Virus record (IMG/VR): IMGVR_UViG_3300022876_000002
Source: a virus
Taxonomy: Duplodnaviria > Caudoviricetes
Length of the DNA stretch: 64,000 nucleotides
Strand: one strand, 5' to 3'
This document shows, one piece after another, positions 44,598 through 53,372 of this stretch. The translations under genes were made by a program, and so were the position numbers. The notes below the pieces were generated by a model. The model did not search any database. It saw only the letters and a list, made by a program, of their open reading frames with translations, and was not told the DNA's origin. Positions within the stretch are counted from its first letter, which is position 1. Each line of letters opens with the position of its first letter.

Positions 44598-45298
44598 CGA
44601 TCATACTCCTCCACCGGTGTCCCGAATACATCGAGGCAACGGAAAATACCAAAGGCTTCTTTAGTCTCTGCTACCAAACGAACTGCTTCGGTAGTAGCAT
44701 CTTTAAGTGTCAGGTGACGGTAAGGTGCACGGTTAAACAGCGCTACACCGTTCTTACCCACTTTACCGATTACGTAGCGACCCAGGATATTGTTGTGGAT
44801 ATCCTTGAAGGTAGCCGATTTGGTCTGAGTCAGTTTAAAGTGGTACAGGAAGAACCCAACCCACTTGTCCTGTACCCGCTGGTTAATGTAGTTACCGTCA
44901 GCGTCTCTGGCCAAGTCCTCCTTATTGAGGGTTGGCTCTATCTCAAAGATCAGGATCTCGAATTCTTCACGAACCGAAGACCGGCGATTATCTGGATTAG
45001 CGACATGCAGACGAGCTGGGGTTTCAGTTTTAGCTTTCTTGGTTACGTTTTTGATCGGGATCAACATAACGTAGGGGTCACCAACGTTATCCGGTGGGTA
45101 GACAATTGGATCACGATCGTAGTCACGGTTATCACCGATACGTACCATCAACTGGTCAAACGCTTCGGTAATAGCCTGATGGATAGCATCGTCACCACCG
45201 CCTAGCGCAGCAGCCCGGGTATTAATCCATTCCGGAGAAATGCAACGTTGCGAGTATGACTCTTTGTGAATGAAATCGAATTGCGGGTTATCGGACAT
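44594..45298 (-). CDS. mosaic hypothetical protein (WxxW-like module plus two small modules)
   Basis: CISPEWINTRAAALGG; REEFE...RDADGNY...VQDKW; H..LKDATTEAVRL. Confidence 0.75.
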   Translation of the reverse strand: MSDNPQFDFIHKESYSQRCISPEWINTRAAALGGGDDAIHQAITEAFDQLMVRIGDNRDYDRDPIVYPPDNVGDPYVMLIPIKNVTKKAKTETPARLHVANPDNRRSSVREEFEILIFEIEPTLNKEDLARDADGNYINQRVQDKWVGFFLYHFKLTQTKSATFKDIHNNILGRYVIGKVGKNGVALFNRAPYRHLTLKDATTEAVRLVAETKEAFGIFRCLDVFGTPVEEYDR

Positions 45299-45299
45299 T

Positions 45300-45842
45300 T
45301 CAGGAGCCTAAGCTGGCTACGTAGCCAGTGTCATCAAGTGTTGGATTTTTGGCAGCTTCGTCAGCGAGTTCGTCAGCCATTTCGTTAAACGGGTCACCGG
45401 CGTGACCAGGTACTTTGTAGAATGCTACCTTGTTAAGCTTGAGCAGTTCATCCATCACCGCCCATAGATCGGCATTCTTAACTGGTTCGCCGGTTTGAGC
45501 GGTCATCCAGTTGTTACGCACCCAGTTCTTAACCCACAGGGTACAACCGTTGATGGTGTATTGGGAGTCAGTACAGATAATGAAATGCTTACCTGGACCG
45601 AATTCTTCCAGTACCGCAATTACCCCCATCATTTCCATACGGTTGTTAGTAGTGAGGTTATAACCTTCCGACATCTTTACTACAACGTCGTTATTGATAA
45701 TTACCGCACCGTAACCACCAGGGCCTGGGTTGTTCTTACAGCCACCGTCGGTATAGCAGATATATGGGTTCTGTTTCAGCGCTTCCTTAATCTGACGATT
45801 GTCTGGTTTAGCCTTACGTTTATGAAAAAACTTAGCGGACAT
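45300..45842 (-). CDS. rnhA: ribonuclease HI
   Basis: YTDGGC..NPGPGG, TNNRME, TDSQY, KNADLW, VPGHAG..FNEMADELA. Confidence 0.95.
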   Translation of the reverse strand: MSAKFFHKRKAKPDNRQIKEALKQNPYICYTDGGCKNNPGPGGYGAVIINNDVVVKMSEGYNLTTNNRMEMMGVIAVLEEFGPGKHFIICTDSQYTINGCTLWVKNWVRNNWMTAQTGEPVKNADLWAVMDELLKLNKVAFYKVPGHAGDPFNEMADELADEAAKNPTLDDTGYVASLGS

Positions 45843-45857
45843 AAATACCTCTAACTA

Positions 45858-45877
45858 GGGAGGGTGTTACCCCTCCC
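45858..45877. terminator. hairpin gggaggg/ccctccc
   Basis: between 45890..47470 and rnhA. Confidence 0.55.
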
Positions 45878-45889
45878 CGGTATCAAGCG

Positions 45890-47470
45890 TTAGAAATAGT
45901 TCAGCATGTCAGACGCTTCACGCGATTCCAACATACGGCCGATCTCGATCGCCTGGTTAGCGGTCTTGATCACACCAATCCGCGACATGATGGAATCCAC
46001 CAGGTAGCGAATCATCGACTTGGTGATAATGTCAGTCGAGGTAGTAGGTTGCTGGTCCGGATCGTCATTATAACGATCATAGGTAGCCAGAGCCTTCTCT
46101 ACCCAGGCTTCGACGTCATCACGCAATGCGTAATCAGCCTTGAACGTACGGAGTTTGCAACGATCCATGGAGCTACCTTTTTGCAGCTCCATGGTGTCAC
46201 GATCAACCATGATCAGTTTGATCACGTTGTACGAACTACCAAACGGGTTGTCGAACGTCGAGATCCCCAGTTTGTTCAGTGCGAACAGTTCGTCGACTTC
46301 CAGGTTGCCGTCTTTCAGAGTCTGGCTAGCCAGCAACAGGTTCCGGTTACAACGGATCCAGTAGTCGGTGAGTGTAGCACCGTGCAACATGATCATGTTG
46401 TTGGAAGTGAGTTTGGCGTTGGTCAGATGCGACATGTCAATTTTTACATTGCTTGGGCATTCGACCTTGGAGTCACGGATATGCGACTGGAAGTAGCTAC
46501 CGCCCGACAGCTTACTACGAATGGCGTGGGTACGTTCCAAGTAGCATTGGTTCAGATCGTAGGAATCGTCACGACCATCGTGTTTACGACCACCCCATGG
46601 CAGATCGAGCTCCTTCTTATCTTCTTCCAGGCAGTTCACGCTGGAATCAGAGAACAAGCAAGCCCGATGGACACCACCGATCAGGGTAACCGCATTGTAA
46701 CAGGTACTGTGGGTGATGGTGGCGCCCACCATGATTACCGCACTACCCATGTCGTGGCGGATCTGACGCTTGGCGGTGACCCAAGGCATGGCCAGACGGT
46801 CGGTTTGGTCTTCCATGATCCACACTTTGGACGTAGGGTCCAGCATGTAGGTATGGATCTTGCCTTCCGACTCGAACTGGTAAACCGAGAACTCCATGTC
46901 CGGCTTGATCTCGGTCATGTGGCTACGGTAGGTGAACAGATTCTGACTAGGATCGAGACCCAGGTCGACGTCAAAGCCGGAACTGTAGTAAGGCCCAGCA
47001 TTGGCTTTCTTGCGCACGCCAGTAGCGACGGGCTTAAGCTTGATACCCATTACCCACAGACCATGGGTAGCGGCATTGAATTCGCCACGGGTATAAACCT
47101 TATCGGTTTCGATATCGGACAGCTTAGGAACATACATCCCCTTAGGCGCCTTACGATTACCAAAATGCCCCATAGGGCGCCCCAGATCTTCAAACACGGC
47201 TTTGGTTTTACCTTCTCGGGCCATGAGATCCAGAATGGCTGCACCTGTACCGTTGGCTTCTACGGTGTTATCATTCCCGTGCTCAATTAAACCAAACTTG
47301 AATGGTTTGGGACCAGCTACCTTTTCTGGTTTCTTGGCAGCCACTTGGTCGTCTTTAGTGAATACCTTCACTACCTTGGCAGTTGCCGGTGGGGACACCA
47401 CAGCGAGTTCCGGCTTCTTTCCAGGCAGTTTTTCTTTGGTCACGGTTTCAGTTTTTGCTTTATCAGTCAT
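45890..47470 (-). CDS. hypothetical protein with possible beta-helical repeat region
   Basis: 526 aa; repeated S-x-h-x-x-S/A-x-h periodicity in the central part. Confidence 0.8.
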   Translation of the reverse strand: MTDKAKTETVTKEKLPGKKPELAVVSPPATAKVVKVFTKDDQVAAKKPEKVAGPKPFKFGLIEHGNDNTVEANGTGAAILDLMAREGKTKAVFEDLGRPMGHFGNRKAPKGMYVPKLSDIETDKVYTRGEFNAATHGLWVMGIKLKPVATGVRKKANAGPYYSSGFDVDLGLDPSQNLFTYRSHMTEIKPDMEFSVYQFESEGKIHTYMLDPTSKVWIMEDQTDRLAMPWVTAKRQIRHDMGSAVIMVGATITHSTCYNAVTLIGGVHRACLFSDSSVNCLEEDKKELDLPWGGRKHDGRDDSYDLNQCYLERTHAIRSKLSGGSYFQSHIRDSKVECPSNVKIDMSHLTNAKLTSNNMIMLHGATLTDYWIRCNRNLLLASQTLKDGNLEVDELFALNKLGISTFDNPFGSSYNVIKLIMVDRDTMELQKGSSMDRCKLRTFKADYALRDDVEAWVEKALATYDRYNDDPDQQPTTSTDIITKSMIRYLVDSIMSRIGVIKTANQAIEIGRMLESREASDMLNYF

Positions 47471-49455
47471 TGCTGCATTTCCTTGATGGCGGTGATCAGT
47501 TGGTCAATGCTGGAAGCCTTAGATCCCTCTAGCATAGGGATACCCAGCGCGGTTGCTTTTAACACTTTACTCTTACTAGGTTTTTCTCCTTTCAGTAGGA
47601 ACTGACAGTCTTTGGTAAGGTCTTCCACGAGTTCGATCCCGTGGTTACCAAAGTACTCGATCAGTTCTTCACGGACAGGACCCAAAGACCCTGTGATAAC
47701 ACCCTTGAGGTCGCATACAGGGCCGGTATAAGGTGTGCAGTTGAGCCACTTAAGCAAATCCCTGGCATTCTCCCAAAACGCTTCTCTGCGCAATGCAGAG
47801 GTGATCTTGAGGGTCAGCCCAGGACCAAACCCAGGAACCTTACGTACCTGCTCAGGATCTTTCAGGAAGTCCAGAGCATTAGTAGTAGGTGCTCGGTCAT
47901 TACGTACGTCTTCTGGCAATGCATCAGCCAGCTTTTTAGCTCGTGTAATATCGACGCCGGGCAACCCCAATGCTTTAATCAGGATATGCCATGGCTGTCT
48001 ACGAGCCGCCTCAATACGGTCGTAGACTTTCTGACCGACATGGGACACTTTCAATATAGACACTACGTCTGATGTGTCGTTAATAATACCGAAGTCGATC
48101 AATTGACCCAGCTTAACTGGCCCCAGGTCTTCGATATCCAAACAACGTTTACCAACCAGAGCCACGCAACGCATCAGTAGCTGCGCAGGGCACTCAGAGA
48201 CGTTGTTACAGATGAGATCAGCGCTGAGCTTACTCGTACGTGTCTCTAGTACTGAACCACAGCTAGGGCACTCTGTAGGAGCTTTAAAGAGCTCCCCGTG
48301 TCCACCATCGACAACGCTATGCAGCCGAGGAATAACATCACCGTTCCGAGAAATTGAGATAATAGAGTCCGCACGGAGTTCTAGCGCCAAGAATTGATAG
48401 ATGTTGTCCAGGGAAGCGCGATCGCACATTACCCCGCCCAGTCTTACAGGTTTGTAGTTAATACATGGCACTACCCGCCCAGTCTTACCTACTTGCCAAT
48501 CCACACTAACGGGTTCGGTTTCTTTCTCCTCGTTAGGGAACTTGTAGGCAATTGCGTAGTTAGGGTATTTGTTAGTTACCCCCAGTTCGTCCCACTTAGC
48601 CAGGCTATTAATTTTCTTAACGATACCGTCTACCGGGATCTCAGGCAGGTAACGATTACGACGATAGTCATCTTCGTTGGCCTCTGGTGAGATACGGAAC
48701 CCCATGAGTCGCCACCAGAGCAGCAAGTCTTTGTACGTCTTACGACCAAACGTAGTGTCTGTCCAGTAGATACCGAAGTGCACTAACCCCTTAGCGTTCT
48801 TATCCTGGTTCTTTTCCAGCGCCCGGACAAACCCACTAGCCGCATTACGTGGTGTAGTTTTCGGTTTAGGGGCGATCTCGTTATAAGAGTCAAAGTTGTA
48901 GATGGGGAGGTAGCCCTCGCCACGTACTTCAAATGACTTGATATCTTTATTCTCTACTTTGATAATTGTAGGGATCTGTCCTTCCTGGAACATTGGTAGG
49001 GCGTGGGTAACGTCTTCACCTTCCAGGCCACTACCACGAGTAGTAATGGATTTCAGGTGCATCCAGGTGTCTGGCTGACGTTCGTAGAACAACGACAGTG
49101 CGATACCGTCCAGTTTGTACTCGTCGACGAACTCTTCGTCTGGGTGCTTATCAGTAAACGCTGTGACTTCCTCTATGGACAAAGCTTTCTTTAAGCTGAG
49201 CATTGGGTTGTCAAAGGTTACGATGTCCAACCCAGCGCCAGTCGGCTCGTGGATCGGTACTGGCTTGTTCTGGATTTCGAACAGTTCTGCTATCTCAGGG
49301 TTATTAGCCTTGAGTTCATCGAAACGCTTAACCATATCGTCGTAGACGTGGTTAGGAATCTCTGCATTGTCCTTGTTGAAATACAGATCGGCGTGGTAGA
49401 GGATCTCATTATTGAGCTCCTGCATCTCCACGAACACTGAATTCTTGTTTAACAT
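47467..49455 (-). CDS. ligA: NAD-dependent DNA ligase
   Basis: EYKLDG adenylation motif, FEVRGE, DGIVKK, AYKF, OB-fold, CPSC/C...C zinc finger, HhH, C-terminal BRCT. Confidence 0.97.
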   Translation of the reverse strand: MLNKNSVFVEMQELNNEILYHADLYFNKDNAEIPNHVYDDMVKRFDELKANNPEIAELFEIQNKPVPIHEPTGAGLDIVTFDNPMLSLKKALSIEEVTAFTDKHPDEEFVDEYKLDGIALSLFYERQPDTWMHLKSITTRGSGLEGEDVTHALPMFQEGQIPTIIKVENKDIKSFEVRGEGYLPIYNFDSYNEIAPKPKTTPRNAASGFVRALEKNQDKNAKGLVHFGIYWTDTTFGRKTYKDLLLWWRLMGFRISPEANEDDYRRNRYLPEIPVDGIVKKINSLAKWDELGVTNKYPNYAIAYKFPNEEKETEPVSVDWQVGKTGRVVPCINYKPVRLGGVMCDRASLDNIYQFLALELRADSIISISRNGDVIPRLHSVVDGGHGELFKAPTECPSCGSVLETRTSKLSADLICNNVSECPAQLLMRCVALVGKRCLDIEDLGPVKLGQLIDFGIINDTSDVVSILKVSHVGQKVYDRIEAARRQPWHILIKALGLPGVDITRAKKLADALPEDVRNDRAPTTNALDFLKDPEQVRKVPGFGPGLTLKITSALRREAFWENARDLLKWLNCTPYTGPVCDLKGVITGSLGPVREELIEYFGNHGIELVEDLTKDCQFLLKGEKPSKSKVLKATALGIPMLEGSKASSIDQLITAIKEMQQ

Positions 49456-49494
49456 AAATACCTCTGAAAAACCGTATAGCAGCTATAAGGTTAA

Positions 49495-49523
49495 ACCTAG
49501 TAGACCCATTGGGTCTACTAGGT
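49495..49523. terminator. palindrome with 14-bp arms, centre CCCATTGGG
   Basis: acctagtagaccca-t-tgggtctactaggt. Confidence 0.75.
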
Positions 49524-49528
49524 ACTAA

Positions 49529-49984
49529 TCAAGCTGTATGTCTGACTGGGTGCATTTCCTTGAATAGGGCATCCAGTTTAATGAGGTCGAGTCGGTCCTG
49601 CTGACGTTTAGCCAGTGGACGTTCTACTCGATTGATACCACCTCGCTTGTGGATGAGGCAGGTCAGGACGTCGAACACCTGAATCCCGTCGAACTCATCC
49701 ACTTTGAAGTAATGATTGCGTTTACGAACCCAGAAGTACTCAAAGTCTTTCGGGTTGAACACAGTATCGACAAGCGGGTGACAAATTACTTTTTCCTGCT
49801 CTGCCAGACGAGAGAAATGTTCCTCGTCAATCCAGATGTTAATGTCGCTGGTATGTGTACGCATTCCCCGCAACATCAGATTGGCTCCCCCACCAATCAC
49901 GATGCACTCCATTGGGATGTTGTTCTTTTCGGCGAACCCCGTAACCATCAATGCTACTTCAGTGTTGCTAATGATTGGCGTCAT
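49529..49984 (-). CDS. Pol-beta-fold nucleotidyltransferase-like protein (D-x-N variant)
   Basis: IVIGGGANLMLRGMRTHTSDINIW; C-terminal KRQQDRLDL. Confidence 0.65.
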   Translation of the reverse strand: MTPIISNTEVALMVTGFAEKNNIPMECIVIGGGANLMLRGMRTHTSDINIWIDEEHFSRLAEQEKVICHPLVDTVFNPKDFEYFWVRKRNHYFKVDEFDGIQVFDVLTCLIHKRGGINRVERPLAKRQQDRLDLIKLDALFKEMHPVRHTA

Positions 49985-49986
49985 TG

Positions 49987-50478
49987 TTAAACCTTAGTTG
50001 CTACAAGGCTAACACCAGCGTTCTCTAACTGGCGTTTAGCGTCATTAACGTTATCCATTATCTCTTTAAGCTTGACGAGGTCGCAGCGGTCTTGTGCCGC
50101 CTTACGTGGCTCACGGTCTTTGTGTTTAGCCAGTTTGCGTTTCTGCTTCATCAAGGCCTTTGGGCTATATATCCATATACCCAAATAGTTCATTACATCA
50201 CCGTCGGTGAAGTGTGCGGGGAGGGGGTGGATATCCACCATGCCGTCCCACGCAACTGCCTCACCGAGCAATCCATTGGTAAAGCCTTTGCGCACGCGTT
50301 GCTGATTGAAGAAAGCCGCTGGTACATCTACGTCGATCTCTTGGGTATGTTTGCGCACACCCATCAAGACCATTGCAGCACCAGCACTCAGAATTACGTC
50401 TTTGTAATCCAACCCCATTTCGACACAGAGTTGTTTATAACGACGTACAACAGCATCACGATCTAGGCTCATACACAT
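49987..50478 (-). CDS. Pol-beta-fold nucleotidyltransferase-like protein (E-x-D variant)
   Basis: VILSAGAAMVLMGVRKHTQEIDVDV; KAAQDRCDL. Confidence 0.65.
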   Translation of the reverse strand: MCMSLDRDAVVRRYKQLCVEMGLDYKDVILSAGAAMVLMGVRKHTQEIDVDVPAAFFNQQRVRKGFTNGLLGEAVAWDGMVDIHPLPAHFTDGDVMNYLGIWIYSPKALMKQKRKLAKHKDREPRKAAQDRCDLVKLKEIMDNVNDAKRQLENAGVSLVATKV

Positions 50479-50777
50479 TACCCCAACATGTTTTCGTTCA
50501 TATGACGAATGATGTTTTCGATTGACTGCATATCCGTCGAGGTTACTTGCGGATTAAGACAGGTATAGTTGAGGCCTTTCAAGCCCAAAGAGCAGAAAGA
50601 AACCATTGCCTGGTTAATCCCAAAGAAGTTGATGATGGCGGTTTTAGGGCCATCACCTTGTTGTATTGTGATATATGCAGTACCGGTACCGCCGAACGAC
50701 GGAGTAAGCACACCAGTAGCATCCTGGTTCACACGAACTGGCATTTGCATTGGAATAATTCCCTGTAAGTTGTACAT
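50478..50777 (-). CDS. hypothetical protein
   Basis: 99 aa, first gene after the promoter at 50834. Confidence 0.7.
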   Translation of the reverse strand: MYNLQGIIPMQMPVRVNQDATGVLTPSFGGTGTAYITIQQGDGPKTAIINFFGINQAMVSFCSLGLKGLNYTCLNPQVTSTDMQSIENIIRHMNENMLG

Positions 50778-50824
50778 TAAGGCTGGCTACCTAGAAGATG
50801 GCTGGCCCGTTAAACCTAGCAGGG

Positions 50825-50843
50825 ATACGTCAAGGTAATATAG
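50825..50843 (-). promoter_or_regulatory. early promoter-like motif CTATATTACC-TTGACGTAT
   Basis: shares upstream ATTATAAAC with the 39897 copy. Confidence 0.65.
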
Positions 50844-50856
50844 GTTTATAATCCCT

Positions 50857-53325
50857 TTACACGATGACAGCATTGCGGTTAGGTTCACCAGGCATTGTGA
50901 GTCCTTCGTATTTGAAGGCAATGATGTTGGGGTTCTTGAGAATCCCGTACTGACCGAAGTAGTGCGATACCATGAACAGCTGCCGAGGGTTTTTACCCTG
51001 GGTATACTCTTGGATGAAGTTAAAGAACCGACCGCGCTTGATCTCGTCAAACGACACACCGACCTCATCCATAATCAACGGTGGGGTAAAGCCTACGTAA
51101 TCACCGAACACAAAGCGGAACGCCCAGTCGATTACATCGGTTTCCCCTGCCGAGCAGTCCAGGATGTCTGGCGTTGGATCCGCCTCACCTGTAACAACCG
51201 GGAACTTGTAGTTGAGATCCCCGTTCTCTTTACTGCACGGCTTTACATACAACGTGGTGTTCCAGATCTGCTTAATAACTGCGTTGACGTTACCACACAG
51301 TGTATTAATGAAGTCACTCATCAGCTTACCGATGATCCCCTTGTTAGGGCACAAACCGTCTTGCAACACCTCGACGATCTTTAGTCGATGACGCATGCGG
51401 TTGATATCGGCAGTGATGGACTCCACTACAGCAGTTAATGACTTGGCATTAATGATAGACGTGAGGCAAGCGTCTTTGTCGCTAGACAGTTCACTAATCC
51501 ACGAGTCTACTAAGTCACGCAGACTTACATTGGCCTTGTTAGCTATCGACTTAATCAGATCTGTGCGGAGCATGTTCAGCTCTGCCAGGTCTTTCTCATA
51601 GTCAGCGATTGCCTGGAGTTCAGTTGCGTACAGATGAACCTTACGTTTGTAGAAGTTCACTCTACCAGTGGCGCTCAGGAGCTGTCGCTCGAGGTCCAAT
51701 ACGTGGTTAGCAATATCCAAAACGTTGTTCTTGCTTATAAGCTCCAGACGGCCATCTACAAGCGCTTTCTGATCGAACAGGGTCTGTCTATAAGCAACTA
51801 CCGCAGTAAGCCCGCCGTAGGCTAACAGAGCGTTACAGAGGGGTCCATGAGGCAAACGACCTATACCGTACTCACGCACCAGTTCCGTAAGGCACCGCAC
51901 ATTACCATTAGCCCGTACAAAGTTGTACAACTGGTTCATCGAGTTAAACCACTCTGAGTCCTGCTCGATTAGTTCCAGTAGCTTGGCTTGCTTAAGCTCG
52001 CCTTTGGCAATGCGTTCTTTGGTACCTTCGATACTAGCCTGCAGCATGGTGATATCTTTAGGAGAGATCCCCACCTTGAACGTATGCGTGCAGTCAGGAC
52101 ACTCAACGTCACTAGCATTCTGGTAATGCTTGAGCTTGTGTTCCATCTGCTCAAGGTTACCGCGTAGCGTCCGCAAGTGGTTAGCGATCTGCTCACTGTC
52201 CACCAAGTACTGTTTATAAGCTGCACTGGTAATGTCTGGATCTGAGGCGATCACTACACGGCTTAGGTACTCACGGAATTCATCCGCTACATACTCCAGT
52301 CCCGTAAGAACCATTTCCTCGTCACTAAACACCGGTTGAGTTGCCAGTACTGCTTTGAAGTTAGCCATGCTGGTTTCGGTCCGTGCCAAATCCTCGCCGA
52401 GGTCTTTGGCTTGTTCCTCAATGGCACCTGGGTTCTTGATGAGATCATCCATACCCTCCAAGAAGCTCGCGTTCTCTGCGATCGAACCTTTGATCATGTT
52501 AACCTGATCTTGGTACTTGGTAAGGAACCCCTCAGCGGTCAGATGTGCTTGCTCGAGTTCTTCCTTACTGAACTGCACCCCACTCATGTTGTTTACTGTT
52601 AACTTGGTAACCAACAGATTGTGTTTGGCGTTCTTTACCTGTAGCTCAGGATCCAGTACGGCAGCAGCCAACCCACCACGTAATAGCAGACTGGTTTGCA
52701 AGTCTGTGTCAATCTGCTTGATACGACGCTCTAGCTCATCTACCCCACAGTTGTTCAGGGTAGTAAGCTTACGGTTTTCTTCCGTGTGTCGTTCGATCTG
52801 TTTCTTGATCGTGGATTTGAGGTCGTTACGTTCTTGTCGGAGCTTTTGGTAAACCCCCAGTGCATACTCAGTGTCATTTGGATAGATCTGGAGGATCAGT
52901 TCTTTACGCCGGTTAGGAGACATAGCTGACATGCGATCGGTAATTTTCAAACCATTGAGCACACGTATTAAAGCAGCATCCGCTTTACCCAGGTGGTTGT
53001 ACACGAGTTCTTTCTGTGCACTAAACGTACCACCAGTGTTTAACTCTGGACCGTCGTCAATGCGGAAGCTGTGTCCATTACCTACGCCAGTACGAGAATC
53101 CAGTTTATACACTTTCTTGTTTGCGTGCCATTCAACATACTTTCGGCCGTTACGGTAGTTACCGTTCTCAGCCGGTTGGAAATTGAGTTCCCGCAAGATG
53201 CTACTTTTCCCCACGCCATTAGGCGCAATAAAGAGGTTAATCATGGACTGTAGATCCATGTCAACACTCGTAATCCCGCTGGACAATAACGGGATATAGT
53301 TCTCTAAGATCAACCTACCAAGCAT
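50857..53325 (-). CDS. SbcC/Rad50-like SMC-family ATPase
   Basis: Walker A APNGVGKSS, long coiled coil with CPDC hook, signature CSAGE, Walker B LIMDE. Confidence 0.92.
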   Translation of the reverse strand: MLGRLILENYIPLLSSGITSVDMDLQSMINLFIAPNGVGKSSILRELNFQPAENGNYRNGRKYVEWHANKKVYKLDSRTGVGNGHSFRIDDGPELNTGGTFSAQKELVYNHLGKADAALIRVLNGLKITDRMSAMSPNRRKELILQIYPNDTEYALGVYQKLRQERNDLKSTIKKQIERHTEENRKLTTLNNCGVDELERRIKQIDTDLQTSLLLRGGLAAAVLDPELQVKNAKHNLLVTKLTVNNMSGVQFSKEELEQAHLTAEGFLTKYQDQVNMIKGSIAENASFLEGMDDLIKNPGAIEEQAKDLGEDLARTETSMANFKAVLATQPVFSDEEMVLTGLEYVADEFREYLSRVVIASDPDITSAAYKQYLVDSEQIANHLRTLRGNLEQMEHKLKHYQNASDVECPDCTHTFKVGISPKDITMLQASIEGTKERIAKGELKQAKLLELIEQDSEWFNSMNQLYNFVRANGNVRCLTELVREYGIGRLPHGPLCNALLAYGGLTAVVAYRQTLFDQKALVDGRLELISKNNVLDIANHVLDLERQLLSATGRVNFYKRKVHLYATELQAIADYEKDLAELNMLRTDLIKSIANKANVSLRDLVDSWISELSSDKDACLTSIINAKSLTAVVESITADINRMRHRLKIVEVLQDGLCPNKGIIGKLMSDFINTLCGNVNAVIKQIWNTTLYVKPCSKENGDLNYKFPVVTGEADPTPDILDCSAGETDVIDWAFRFVFGDYVGFTPPLIMDEVGVSFDEIKRGRFFNFIQEYTQGKNPRQLFMVSHYFGQYGILKNPNIIAFKYEGLTMPGEPNRNAVIV

Positions 53326-53372
53326 GGTATAGATTCCTTGACATTTGTCCACTAAAGTATGGGGCTACTAGT

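Noticed and set aside
46049-47290. 413-aa plus-strand ORF, and similar ones at 1629..2774, 36676..37701 and 54440..55396
   Set aside because: All overlap well-supported minus-strand genes and have no independent signal.
50787-51068. 93-aa minus-strand ORF
   Set aside because: It is an out-of-frame overlap with the 3' end of the SbcC-like gene and runs across the promoter motif.
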